NCBI GenBank assembly: GCA_963667845.2
Contig: CAXXVL010000001.1
Coordinates: forward strand, 640,001 to 704,000
Direction of reading: 5' to 3'
From: Smithellaceae bacterium
GTDB lineage: Bacteria; Desulfobacterota; Syntrophia; Syntrophales; Smithellaceae
Length of the DNA: 64,000 nucleotides
The position numbers were made by a program, and so were the translations under genes. Positions 39,222 through 49,094 of this stretch are shown here, one piece after another. A model generated the notes under the pieces. It was not told where the DNA came from, searched no databases, and saw only the letters and a program-made list of their open reading frames with translations. The stretch's first letter is position 1. Every line of letters starts with the position of its first letter.

Positions 39222-39983
39222 ATGGAACCGATAAAAATTATGCCTTGTCTGGACATGAAAAACGGACGGGTGGTAAAAGGCGTTCATTTCGTCGATATTA
39301 AGGAAGCGGGCGACCCGGTGGAGAATGCCGCTTTTTATCAAGCAGAAGGTGCGGACGAACTTGCCATGCTGGACATCGCGGCTACACTGGAAAACCGCAA
39401 GACGCGCCTGGAGTGGGTCAGGAAAGTTGCGGCGGTGCTGGATATTCCGCTGACCGTCGGCGGCGGCATTTCTTCGCTTGACGATATCGAAATGGTCCTT
39501 GGCGCCGGAGCAAGTAAAGTTTCCATGAACAGCGCGACGGTCAAGAATCCGGAATTGGTTCGTGAAGCAGCCGGCAAGTATGGTTCAGCTAAGATCACGA
39601 TCGCCATTGATGCAAAAAGAAACGAAGCCATGCCTTCCGGCTTCGAACTGGTGGTTTCCGGCGGTACACTGCCCATTGCCAGGGATGCCGTGGCCTGGGA
39701 GAAAACCTGCCAGGAACTTGGAGCGGGTGTTATCCTGCCGACCAGCATGGACGGAGACGGCACCAAGGCGGGTTATGATATTCCCTTTACCAGGGCCATA
39801 GCCGACGCAGTCACCGTGCCGGTGGTGGCTTCCGGCGGAGCAGGTAAACCGGAAGATTTTTATGAGGTGGTTGTCAAAGGCGGGGCGAGCGTTCTTCTGG
39901 CTGCGTCGGTTTTTCACTTCCGGCTGCTCAGAATCAAAGACGTGAAAGATTATTTGCGAGCCAGGGGTCTGACAGTCGCCTGA
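39222..39983 (+). CDS. hisF: Imidazole glycerol phosphate synthase cyclase subunit HisF (possibly a paralog)
   Basis: IMPCLD..GRVVKG..F, GADEL..LDI.A, PLTVGGGI, AIDAK, TSMD.DGT..GYD, ASGGAG, LAASVFH. Confidence 0.93.
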   Translation: MEPIKIMPCLDMKNGRVVKGVHFVDIKEAGDPVENAAFYQAEGADELAMLDIAATLENRKTRLEWVRKVAAVLDIPLTVGGGISSLDDIEMVLGAGASKVSMNSATVKNPELVREAAGKYGSAKITIAIDAKRNEAMPSGFELVVSGGTLPIARDAVAWEKTCQELGAGVILPTSMDGDGTKAGYDIPFTRAIADAVTVPVVASGGAGKPEDFYEVVVKGGASVLLAASVFHFRLLRIKDVKDYLRARGLTVA

Positions 39984-40000
39984 AAGGAAAGGAAGAGTTG

Positions 40001-40579
40001 ATGGGTAAAATCGCCGATAAGCTTTTTTTTCGCAACCACTGCCTTTGCCCCCGCTGGTTGTGTTTTACCTTTGACAACGGGCTGCGCCGATTGGTGCAAA
40101 ATCCTGAACGGATCTCGGGGTGTTACATTAAAGAGGGTGATGTCGTCCTCGACGTCGGTCCGGGGATCGGTTTCTTCACAATCCCGATGGCCCGGATCGT
40201 CGGAGGCCGCGGGCGGGTGATTGCCGCCGATATCCAGGAATCCATGCTCGAGGGCATCGCAAGGCGGGCCAAGCGGGCCGGCGTTAACGACCGAATCATT
40301 TTGCACCTCGCCTCGCAGGATTCGCTCGGCGTTACGACTGCCGCTGATTTTATCCTGGCGTTCTGGATGGCACATGAAGTTCCGGACCAGCAGCACTTTT
40401 ATCAGCAATTGAACGCAGTCCTCAAGGACAGCGGCCGATTTTTGCTGGTCGAACCGAAAATACATGTCTCCGGAAAACAGTTCAAGGCCGAGATTGCAGC
40501 CGCTGGGGCAGCCGGATTCAAGCTTGTGGAAACCCCGGCCGTTGGGCTAAGTTATGCCGCTTTGTTTGCGAAACTCTGA
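40001..40579 (+). CDS. Class I SAM-dependent methyltransferase
   Basis: VLDVGPGIGFF, VIAADIQ, FWMAHEV, LK..GRFLLVEP. Confidence 0.9.
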   Translation: MGKIADKLFFRNHCLCPRWLCFTFDNGLRRLVQNPERISGCYIKEGDVVLDVGPGIGFFTIPMARIVGGRGRVIAADIQESMLEGIARRAKRAGVNDRIILHLASQDSLGVTTAADFILAFWMAHEVPDQQHFYQQLNAVLKDSGRFLLVEPKIHVSGKQFKAEIAAAGAAGFKLVETPAVGLSYAALFAKL

Positions 40580-40750
40580 TTCCGAAAGCGCAGCGCAGCG
40601 GAATTAGCTAGTTGAGCTATCCCGCCAAGCGGAGGGCGAAGCCCGTGGTTTGCGAAACTCTGATTCCGAAAGCGCAGCGCAGCGGAATTAGTTAGTTGAG
40701 CTATCCCGCCAAGCGCAGCGCGAGCCCGTGGTTTGCGAAACTCTAATCCC
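40564..40750. repeat. Tandem repeat: two 84/83 bp units plus a partial third
   Basis: GTTTGCGAAACTCT recurs at 40564, 40648 and 40731. The intervening ~70 bp segments are nearly identical. Confidence 0.95.
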
Positions 40751-40923
40751 TTAAGCTAATCGCCTAACCTGACAACCTGAAGGTGGATCGAGGTCGCGAG
40801 CCGGAAAAGTCAGCCGGGTCCTCAGGAAAATTGCTCGTCCGACGGACAAACTATGAGGTCCCGGAGGGCCCCTTTTACGGCGGATCCGCTTGTCGTCCGG
40901 TTTTGGGATTTCGGCGGCAATAA

Positions 40924-41421
40924 TTATTTGCCTTGTTCCTCGATCCACGATTCGTGAGAATGCAGAATCTTCCAGCCCTCCTGCTCTTTTTTTCAGATTA
41001 TCGTATAAACATGCTTGGATTTGATATTCTTTCCATCTTTAAAAAGCATCTCCGATTTGTTTTGGCTTGTCATCAGAGCCAAGTTTGGCGCCAGTGCAGT
41101 AACTCGCACTGCGACGGGCTCCAGGTGTTGACGTTCTCTCATGGAGAAGTATTTTGTTATGGTGTCCACCCATGTGTTTCGATCTGTGTAATAATCTGTC
41201 CCGGCGATAGCTGACAAAAACTCATCCCTGCTGTAAAATTTCGACCATGCTTCAGCATTTTTCTGGTTGATAACGGAGGCCAGCGCGGCGAACTGATCCT
41301 GGACTTCTTTTTTTACCGCATCTTTTTCCGTGTCTGTGAAGGCTTGTTTTGACTGTTGACTGCAGGCACCCAGAAGAAGAACAAGGAAGACGACCCACGT
41401 GATTCGAAAAACCGATTTCAT
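40924..41421 (-). pseudogene. SnoaL/NTF2-like lipoprotein gene interrupted by an in-frame TGA
   Basis: LGAC lipobox. After VYTII-TGA (40993-40995) the frame continues KKEQEGWKILHSHESWIEEQGK-TAA, the expected NTF2-like final strand. Confidence 0.8.
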
Positions 41422-41776
41422 GATAAGCTCCTTTCATTTTGCAAAAGTTGACGAGTTTGTGATTCTCTGCTGCAGATGAGGGCGGAGGCGATTTTGTCTG
41501 CGTCGCTTTTTCCCGAGACCGCTTTGGACATCATTCATCGTCTCCTCTTTGGAACACGTCGATACTGAGAGTTTAACCTTATGCCGTGATACGCGTAAAT
41601 GCATTCAGCAGATGGTACTTTCACGCACAACCGATTTAAAGTCAAGACGTGATGGGCATATCTAAACACAGTTCCGATTGCGCCTTGAAAACCGAACCGC
41701 TAAGCGGTATGGTAGCAAAGATTCGGTCCGCTGTCGTTTGAATGGACCGCAGGATGAATGCACTGAAGATGAGGTA

Positions 41777-42220
41777 ATGCCGATGAAATATAAAATCTGG
41801 ATACTGGCGGGTTTGCTGGTGATCATGCCCTTTCTGACCCGAGCGGCGGAATATGATCCCCGGAAAGGTGCCCGGGGGACGGTTATTCTCGAGACGGAAA
41901 CCATGATCAATGGCCAGCCGATCGATTATCTGGATACGGAACGACCGCATGTCACTGCGATGATCGTGGATATTGCTCCCGGCGGACAGACGGGATGGCA
42001 CAGTCACGCCATGCCGGTTTATGCTTATCTGATGACCGGACAACTTACGGTGAAGGTGGAAGACGGAAAAACGATGGAGTTGAAAGAAGGAAATGCGTTC
42101 GTCGAGGTCGTCAAATTGAAACATAACGGCATCAACAACGGGCAAACTCCCGTGAAGCTCGTTGTATTTTATCTGGGTGAGAAAGGCACGCCGATTGTGA
42201 CGTGGCCGGACAAACCGTGA
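41777..42220 (+). CDS. Secreted cupin domain protein
   Basis: GAGGT SD, signal peptide, PGGQTGWHSH..P.YAY...G.L, G.AFVE....H.G.N cupin motifs. Confidence 0.88.
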   Translation: MPMKYKIWILAGLLVIMPFLTRAAEYDPRKGARGTVILETETMINGQPIDYLDTERPHVTAMIVDIAPGGQTGWHSHAMPVYAYLMTGQLTVKVEDGKTMELKEGNAFVEVVKLKHNGINNGQTPVKLVVFYLGEKGTPIVTWPDKP

Positions 42221-42244
42221 ATAGTGGATAGTGGATCTTTTTCT

Positions 42245-42664
42245 CTATTCGCCGATGATCTTTACCAGAACTCTTTTTCGGCGCAGACCGTCAAACTCGC
42301 CGTAGAAGATCTGCTCCCAGGGGCCGAAGTCCAGCGCGCCGCGGGTCACGGCAACGACAACTTCCCGCCCCATGATCTGCCGCTTGAGATGGGCGTCGCC
42401 GTTGTCTTCGCCCGTCCGGTTATGGCGATAGCGCGAAACAGGCTCATGCGGGGCAAGACCTTCCAGCCATTCTTCGTAGTCCTGATGCAAACCGGATTCA
42501 TCGTCGTTGATAAAGACGGACGCCGTGATGTGCATCGCATTGACGAGAAGAAGTCCTTCCTGGATGCCGCTTTCTTTCAGACACGTTTCAACCTGTGGCG
42601 TGATGTTGATGAACGCTCTTCGTTTGGAGATATTGAACCAGAGCTCTTTTCTATAGGTTTTCAT
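42245..42664 (-). CDS. yjbQ: YjbQ family (secondary thiamine-phosphate synthase) protein
   Basis: [36 protein letters not shown]. Confidence 0.93.
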   Translation of the reverse strand: MKTYRKELWFNISKRRAFINITPQVETCLKESGIQEGLLLVNAMHITASVFINDDESGLHQDYEEWLEGLAPHEPVSRYRHNRTGEDNGDAHLKRQIMGREVVVAVTRGALDFGPWEQIFYGEFDGLRRKRVLVKIIGE

Positions 42665-42681
42665 GAAAGCATGTGACCCGT

Positions 42682-43917
42682 TCAGTTTTCCCGACAATAT
42701 TTTTCGATTTCTTCTGCGACCTTTTTGGCAAAGGCCACTGCCTCGACGACTGTTTTGGGTCCCGTGACGATGTCGCCTGCGGCAAATACTCCCGGAGAAG
42801 AGGTATGCCCGTTTTCATCGGCGTCGACGAGGCCGCGCTGCGTTTTGGAAACGCTGCTTTCGGTCATGACGGCGCCCTGGGGCCCCTGGCCGATAGCGAC
42901 AATGATCGCATCGGCGGGAATGGTTCGGACCCGCGAGAAATCTTCTTCGTAGACAGTTCCCGTCTCCGTTTTTTCAGCGTTTACGGCAATGCATTTTACA
43001 CCATCATCCTCCAGCTTAATGGCCTGCTGGAGATGGATAAACGTCACGCCCTCGGAAGCGGCCTCGGCTATTTCACGTTTGTTGCCCGTCATTCCCTCTT
43101 CCAGTAAGCTGTTGATGACCGTGACCGTGCCGCCTTGTTCGATATGGCGGGCGGCAATCCTTGCGGCGTCCAGCGCAACGTTGCCCGCGCCTACGACGAC
43201 GACATGGCGTCCCAGGTAATAAGCCTCCGGGCTTTTGAGATAGTCGATGGCATAGTAGACATTGCCGAGCGTTTCTCCCAGAAGACCAAGCTTGTTGGGT
43301 TTTGCCGTGCCGACCGCAATAAAAATGGCCTTATAGCCGTCAATAAACATGTCATCGAGGGTGATCGACGAACCGATGAACGTATTCGGCTTGAAGCGGA
43401 CATCCAGCTTGCGCAGGATGCCGTCGAATTTGTCGACGATGTCCTTGGGAAGTCTGAATTCGGGAATGCCGTATCTCAGAACACCCCCGATCCTGTCGCG
43501 GGCCTCCATCAATGTAACGCGGAAACCTTTCAGAGACAGCAGGATACTCATCGTTATCCCGGCCGGCCCCGAGCCGATAACCGCCACTCGGTCGGTTTTC
43601 CTTTCGATGGCGGGCGGCTCGTATTCATCGAGGAATTTTCCCGACAGATATTGTTCAATCCTGAAAAACTCAACCGGATCGGATTTTTTGCCAAGGACGC
43701 AATGGCCGGCGCAGTTGCGCTCATGGGGGCAGACGATGGAGCACACCGCGGAAAGGGGGTTGTTGGCAAACAGCATTTCGGCCGCATCCCGTTCCTTGCC
43801 TTCTTTGAAAAGCGTGATGGCATCGGGGATCGGGGTGGAGATGGGACAATGTTTTCTGCATTGAGGAACCTTACACGTGAGACAGCGCGACGATATTTGA
43901 TTAAGCAACGTGGTCAC
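42682..43917 (-). CDS. GltD/NfnB-like NAD(P)H-dependent Fe-S flavoprotein
   Basis: RCLTC...C...CP, CSIVCP.E..C...[38 protein letters not shown]. Confidence 0.92.
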   Translation of the reverse strand: MTTLLNQISSRCLTCKVPQCRKHCPISTPIPDAITLFKEGKERDAAEMLFANNPLSAVCSIVCPHERNCAGHCVLGKKSDPVEFFRIEQYLSGKFLDEYEPPAIERKTDRVAVIGSGPAGITMSILLSLKGFRVTLMEARDRIGGVLRYGIPEFRLPKDIVDKFDGILRKLDVRFKPNTFIGSSITLDDMFIDGYKAIFIAVGTAKPNKLGLLGETLGNVYYAIDYLKSPEAYYLGRHVVVVGAGNVALDAARIAARHIEQGGTVTVINSLLEEGMTGNKREIAEAASEGVTFIHLQQAIKLEDDGVKCIAVNAEKTETGTVYEEDFSRVRTIPADAIIVAIGQGPQGAVMTESSVSKTQRGLVDADENGHTSSPGVFAAGDIVTGPKTVVEAVAFAKKVAEEIEKYCREN

Positions 43918-44254
43918 ATCCTTATATTTATTTCAGCAAATGTTCTTAATCCAAAGGCTCCGTGGTTTCAAGCACGATTTCGCCCATCTCATGGATCGGT
44001 GCCACCTCGCCAGGATCGGTGCTCAACTATAAGGTCTCACTGGAAATAACCCGTGATCGGCCTTGTCTGTATTAAGGATATCCAAAGGGTCTGGGGCATC
44101 AGACGACTTTTTCACAGGTAGGTCTGTCCCGCTTTCCGGCACCGCTTGATCGATGAAGCCTCTGGTAAAAATCTAATTAACTTTACAAGCTTATCGCCTT
44201 ATGCTATGAGGCAAAAAAATAAGCAAGATTATCTTTTTTTGAGGTGTAAAAAAT

Positions 44255-45004
44255 ATGTCCGGCCATTCCAAATGGAGTACGATTAAAAGAAAAAAGGGGG
44301 CGATTGACGCCAAACGCGGTAAGATATTTACCAAAATCATCAAGGAAATCACTCTGGCGGCGCGGCTGGGCGGCGGCGATATTGAAGGTAATTCCCGGCT
44401 GAGGCAGGCGGTTCTGGCGGCCAAAGAAGAAAATATGCCCAAGGATAATATCGACAGGGCGATCAAAAAGGGCATAGGCGGCGGCGACGGCGCGGCCGCC
44501 TACGAAGAAATCACGTATGAAGGCTACGGTCCGGGCGGGGCGGCCGTCATTGTTGAAGTCATGACGGACAATAAGAATCGAACCGTCGCGGAAATTCGCC
44601 ATAGCTTTTCCAAGCATGGCGGCAACCTGGGTGAAAACGGCTGCGTGGCCTGGATGTTCGCGAAGAAGGGCAGTATCGTCATTGATAAAAAAGCGGCTGA
44701 TGAAGACGCGTTGATGGAACTGGCGCTGGAAGCCGGAGCCGAAGACGTGAAGGCGGAAGATGACGAATACGAAGTCATTACGGAACCGGCGGCTTTTGAA
44801 GCAGTGAAGAAGGCCATCGACGCCAAAGGCATCAAACATCTGGAGGCGCGCATCAGTATGATTCCATCCAATACGGTAAAGCTCGAAGCGGGCAAGGCGG
44901 AATCCATGCTGAAGCTCATGGAAAAGCTGGAAGACAACGATGACGTGCAGAATGTTTATTCCAATTTTGACATCGATGCAGATGTCATGGAAAAGTTGAG
45001 TTAG
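44255..45004 (+). CDS. yebC: YebC/PmpR family protein
   Basis: [38 protein letters not shown]. Confidence 0.97.
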   Translation: MSGHSKWSTIKRKKGAIDAKRGKIFTKIIKEITLAARLGGGDIEGNSRLRQAVLAAKEENMPKDNIDRAIKKGIGGGDGAAAYEEITYEGYGPGGAAVIVEVMTDNKNRTVAEIRHSFSKHGGNLGENGCVAWMFAKKGSIVIDKKAADEDALMELALEAGAEDVKAEDDEYEVITEPAAFEAVKKAIDAKGIKHLEARISMIPSNTVKLEAGKAESMLKLMEKLEDNDDVQNVYSNFDIDADVMEKLS

Positions 45005-45037
45005 GAAACAGACCGCTCTTTAACGAAAGCTGATATT

Positions 45038-45517
45038 TTGCGAATTTTAGGCATCGATCCCGGCAGCCATGTTACAGGGTATGGAGTCATTGATAAGAGC
45101 GGCAACTATCTGCGCCATGTCATGCACGGCGAAATAAAACCACGTAAGGAATCGCGCTTATCTGAAGTTTTAATGGACATCTCGCGCCAGCTGAATGCAG
45201 TCATTGTGGAGACCTCGCCGCAGGCGGTCAGCGTGGAAAATATCTTCTATGGAAAGAATGTTCGCAGTCTGATCCGGCAGGCCCAGGTCCGGGGTGTGGT
45301 GATTTTTACCTGTGCCGAATGCGGCATCCCCGTTTTTGAATATTCGCCGCTGGAGGTTAAGAAGGCGGTTGTCGGTTACGGCCGGGCGGAAAAACGCCAG
45401 GTACAGATGATGGTGAAAGCCATCTTGAAGCTCGATGCCCTGCCGCCGGCGGACGCGGCCGATGCACTGGCCGCCGCTATTTGTCAGGCCAACTTTTTAA
45501 AGGAGCAGCCCGTTTAG
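45038..45517 (+). CDS. ruvC: Holliday junction resolvase RuvC
   Basis: ILGIDPG, EY.P..VKKAV.GYGRAEK.QV, DAADALA. Confidence 0.96.
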   Translation: MRILGIDPGSHVTGYGVIDKSGNYLRHVMHGEIKPRKESRLSEVLMDISRQLNAVIVETSPQAVSVENIFYGKNVRSLIRQAQVRGVVIFTCAECGIPVFEYSPLEVKKAVVGYGRAEKRQVQMMVKAILKLDALPPADAADALAAAICQANFLKEQPV

Positions 45518-45518
45518 C

Positions 45519-46127
45519 ATGATCGCGCTTTTATCCGGTAAACTCGCCTATAAAGGAATCTCGTACATTGTAGTGGATACGCAGGGCGTCGGCTATCGTG
45601 TCTTCATTCCGCTGACAACGTTCTATGAACTTCCGGAGGCGGGCGAGCCTGTAACGCTGCATATTCACACGTCCGTTAAAGAAGACGCGATCAACCTGTT
45701 TGGTTTTTACACGCTGCAGGAGCGGGACCTTTTTCAACTGATGATTTCGGTGAGCGGCATCGGACCGAAAGTCGCCATGAACATCCTTTCGGGAATTTCC
45801 TCTCACGAACTGCTCGAGGCCATCTCCGGAGGCAATCTCGCCAGGCTGATCACCATTCCCGGAATCGGCAGGAAAATGGCCGAGCGCCTGATCCTGGAAC
45901 TCAGGGACAAAGCCGCGAAGAAGATGGCGGCAGATCAGATTCCGGTGACGGATGCGAAGCAGAAACAAAAGGATGCGATGCGGGAAGACGTACTTTCCGC
46001 GCTGGTCAATTTAGGCTATAAAGCGGGTGCCGCGAAGGATACTCTTGATAAGATCATGCGCGATGACGAAGGAGAGCCGATGATGGATCAGCTCTTGAAA
46101 AAAGCGCTGAAAATTCTTGCCGGTTGA
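45519..46127 (+). CDS. ruvA: Holliday junction branch migration protein RuvA
   Basis: GVGY, LFGF, SVSGIGPK, IPGIGRKMAERLILEL, ALVNLGY. Confidence 0.97.
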   Translation: MIALLSGKLAYKGISYIVVDTQGVGYRVFIPLTTFYELPEAGEPVTLHIHTSVKEDAINLFGFYTLQERDLFQLMISVSGIGPKVAMNILSGISSHELLEAISGGNLARLITIPGIGRKMAERLILELRDKAAKKMAADQIPVTDAKQKQKDAMREDVLSALVNLGYKAGAAKDTLDKIMRDDEGEPMMDQLLKKALKILAG

Positions 46128-46153
46128 GCCCCAGCCGGTCCAGGTGAGACGTT

Positions 46154-47182
46154 ATGGATGCTCATTTAAAAAATCCGTTGATCGACCCGGTTTGCGCCGA
46201 AGACGAAAGCTCTCTGGAAGTCAGTTTGCGCCCGCCGAAGCTCACCGATTATATCGGCCAGGACAAGGTAAAAAGCAACCTGTCCATCTTCATCGAAGCG
46301 GCCCGGAAACGCCGTGAATCGCTCGATCATGTGCTTTTATACGGCCCGCCGGGTTTGGGTAAAACGACGCTGGCCTACATCATTGCCCGGGAACTCGGAG
46401 TGGATATCAAGGTGACGTCCGGTCCGGTCATCGAACGCCCCGGAGATCTGGCGGCGATTCTGACGAACATGCACGAACATGAGGTTTTGTTCATTGATGA
46501 AATCCATCGGCTGTCGCACGTGGTGGAAGAAATCCTCTATCCGGCCATGGAAGATTTTCATATTGATATCCTGATCGGACAGGGGCCGTCGGCCCGGTCG
46601 ATGAAGCTCGATATTCCGAAATTTACGCTGGTGGGTGCGACCACGCGCGCGGGGTCTCTCACCTCGCCGCTTCGCGATCGGTTCGGCATGCACTTCCGGC
46701 TGGAATTCTATACGCCGCAGGAGCTCTCCGTGATCATCCAGAGGTCGGCATCGATTTTAGGGGTAAAGCTCACCTGCGCGGGCGCAGGCGAGCTGGCTTC
46801 GCGGGCGCGCGGCACGCCCAGAATCGCCAACCGGCTGCTCAAACGCGTTCGCGACTACGCGGAAGTCAAAGGCGACGGAACCATTGATGAAGGAATAGCG
46901 CGCGAGGCGCTCACGGCTTTTGAAGTCGATCAGAAGGGGTTTGATCAGATGGACCGCAAACTGCTTCTGGCGTTGATTGAGAAATTCGACGGCGGTCCGG
47001 TCGGCGTGGAGAGCCTGGCGGCGGCGATCGGCGAGGAGCGGGTGACGATAGAAGATGTTTATGAGCCCTATCTGATTCAGGAAGGCTATCTGCAACGGAC
47101 GGCGCGGGGCCGGATGGCGTGTTCCAAAGCGTATGCCCATTTTGGGCTGAAGGCATCGGGCTCTCAAAAGGAACTGTTTTAA
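46154..47182 (+). CDS. ruvB: Holliday junction helicase RuvB
   Basis: [44 protein letters not shown]. Confidence 0.98.
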   Translation: MDAHLKNPLIDPVCAEDESSLEVSLRPPKLTDYIGQDKVKSNLSIFIEAARKRRESLDHVLLYGPPGLGKTTLAYIIARELGVDIKVTSGPVIERPGDLAAILTNMHEHEVLFIDEIHRLSHVVEEILYPAMEDFHIDILIGQGPSARSMKLDIPKFTLVGATTRAGSLTSPLRDRFGMHFRLEFYTPQELSVIIQRSASILGVKLTCAGAGELASRARGTPRIANRLLKRVRDYAEVKGDGTIDEGIAREALTAFEVDQKGFDQMDRKLLLALIEKFDGGPVGVESLAAAIGEERVTIEDVYEPYLIQEGYLQRTARGRMACSKAYAHFGLKASGSQKELF

Positions 47183-47201
47183 GTCCTGGGACGATCGTTT
47201 C

Positions 47202-47729
47202 ATGAAACTGCTGATGCACATTTGCTGCGGACCTTGTACCATCTATCCGCTGAAGGAATTGCGGACCCACGGCCATGACGTGACCGGAATATTTTACAAT
47301 CCCAATATTCACCCTTATTTGGAGTATCAGCACCGCGGGCAGACGCTCCGGGATTATGCTGAAAAAAGCCTACTGACGGTCCTCTGGCCGGAAGGATATC
47401 TTCTGGAGGAATTTTTACGGCAGGTGGCAGCGCGGCCCGAAGACCGTTGCGTCTATTGTCTGACAAGCCGTTTGGAATACACGGCCCGGCAGGCGAAGAA
47501 AGATAATTATGACGCCTTTACATCCACCTTGCTTTACAGCCGTTATCAGAAGCACGATCTGATTCATGAGATTGGTGAGACGCTGGCCCGCCAGTTGGGG
47601 ATCCCTTTCCTCTATCAGGATTTCCGCGAAGGCTGGAATGAAGGGGGCAGGATTTCCCGGGAGTTGGGGATGTATCGTCAGCCCTATTGCGGCTGCATTT
47701 ATAGTGAAAAGGAAAGATTCCATAAATAA
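47202..47729 (+). CDS. queH: Epoxyqueuosine reductase QueH (DUF208)
   Basis: HICCGPC, FYNPNIHP..EY, RC..C, YRQPYCGCIYS. Confidence 0.92.
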   Translation: MKLLMHICCGPCTIYPLKELRTHGHDVTGIFYNPNIHPYLEYQHRGQTLRDYAEKSLLTVLWPEGYLLEEFLRQVAARPEDRCVYCLTSRLEYTARQAKKDNYDAFTSTLLYSRYQKHDLIHEIGETLARQLGIPFLYQDFREGWNEGGRISRELGMYRQPYCGCIYSEKERFHK

Positions 47730-47929
47730 ATCATCATCTTTGTATGCGTGGCTCTTGATTTTGCTATCTGTGTTGTTTGGAACACAAACCCGGCCTGCTG
47801 ATCATTATTTTTTTGCAGGATATCTATTAAAACTTTAATAATTACATATTGTTGCATATTTCGCATTGACTGCCGTTAAATGGTATGCTTATTGCACTAC
47901 CAATTCACGATTTCTATTAAAGGTTAAAC

Positions 47930-48859
47930 ATGCATTTGCAGCGTACACTGAAAAAAGAATTATATTGCTCCAGTATCGGTTTGCACACCGGCCGTAAGGT
48001 CAATATGACCATTAAGCCGGCATCTGTCGATACAGGCATTATTTTCGTCCGTAAAGATCTGCCCGATGCCCGGCCGATTCCGGCGGATTTCAAGATGGTT
48101 TGCGATACGACACTGGCAACGTCTCTGGGATACGACGGAGTTACGGTATCTACCGTAGAGCATATTTTGTCGGCGTTCAGCGGAATGGGGCTTGATAATG
48201 CCGTGATCGAACTCGATTCTTTTGAAGTGCCGATTATGGACGGAAGCTCCCGCCCGTTTGTCGACATGCTCAAAAGAGTGGGAACGCGGACGCAGGGTAA
48301 ATCAAAGAAAATGCTGGTTATTAAGAAACCGGTTTCCGTAAAAGACGGTGAAGGAAGCGCCATGCTGCTGCCGTCCAACGAGTTTAAGATCACCTACGAA
48401 ATTGAGTTTGCTCACCGGGCCATCGGGAATCAATCCTACAACCTAATTTTTTCCGACAAGAATTATGAAGATCATATTTGCGGCGCGAGAACCTTCGGCT
48501 TCCTCAAAGAAGTTGAATTTCTGCAGGCCAGAGGATTGGGGCTGGGGGGGTCTCTGGATAATGTGATCATTCTCGACGATGAAAAAATCGTCAACAAAGA
48601 CGGTTTGCGCGTGCCCGATGAGTTCGTCAGGCATAAAATTCTTGATGCCATAGGAGATCTGTTTTTACTGGGTATGCCGATTATCGGCCATTTTGTTGCC
48701 TATAAATCGGGTCATCGGCTCAACAATCTTTTGCTGCGCGAACTCATGTGCCATGAGAATAGCTGGGAAATCATCACGGAGGATGATCAGCAGCAATCCG
48801 CTACCTTCACATCCTGCAAGATTCCTTCGTTTACGATTCTGGATGCCGTTCCGGTCTGA
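47930..48859 (+). CDS. lpxC: UDP-3-O-acyl-N-acetylglucosamine deacetylase
   Basis: QRTL, GLHTG, TVEH, EVPIMDGS, ARTFGF, HKILDAIGDL, GH. Confidence 0.97.
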   Translation: MHLQRTLKKELYCSSIGLHTGRKVNMTIKPASVDTGIIFVRKDLPDARPIPADFKMVCDTTLATSLGYDGVTVSTVEHILSAFSGMGLDNAVIELDSFEVPIMDGSSRPFVDMLKRVGTRTQGKSKKMLVIKKPVSVKDGEGSAMLLPSNEFKITYEIEFAHRAIGNQSYNLIFSDKNYEDHICGARTFGFLKEVEFLQARGLGLGGSLDNVIILDDEKIVNKDGLRVPDEFVRHKILDAIGDLFLLGMPIIGHFVAYKSGHRLNNLLLRELMCHENSWEIITEDDQQQSATFTSCKIPSFTILDAVPV

Positions 48860-48903
48860 CGGTTTCGGCTGAATCATTAATATTAATCCACTCTAAATTA
48901 AAC

Positions 48904-48932
48904 TTGATTTTTATCGACGGGTTACCTAAGAT
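48904..48932 (+). promoter_or_regulatory. Putative sigma70 promoter for the DUF4390-kinase-regulator operon
   Basis: TTGATT-N17-TAAGAT. Confidence 0.45.
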
Positions 48933-49094
48933 ACTCCATTAAAAATTTGGCAGTCTCTGAATGGCTTTCATGGATAAGCATTCCCTGAAAGAAACTCTGC
49001 GGGAAAATGAGCGTGGATGTCGCCTTATTTTCGGCTGGGATTGAAATTTTCCGGACGCGAATCGTCGGATTTTCATGGAAAGAAATTGGAATAT

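Noticed and set aside
40577..40610. Selenocysteine readthrough of the methyltransferase TGA, which is followed by a hairpin
   Set aside because: The protein is already complete, the extension hits another TGA within 12 codons, and the hairpin belongs to the tandem repeat.
40564..40750. CRISPR array (repeat-spacer-repeat appearance)
   Set aside because: The exact repeat is only 14 bp, the two spacers are near-identical ~70 bp copies, and there is no cas gene or leader.
40762..40815. Integron attC site (GCCTAAC core)
   Set aside because: No matching GTTRRRY end with a proper inverted structure, no integrase and no cassette array.
40993..40995. Selenocysteine or genetic-code reassignment at the in-frame TGA
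   Set aside because: The position corresponds to a Trp rather than Cys, and TGA is the normal stop of many intact genes in the window.
43920..44200. Gene remnant upstream of the GltD-like gene; 10 bp direct repeat GGATCGGTGC
   Set aside because: Translations resemble nothing recognisable, and a single 10 bp pair is weak evidence.
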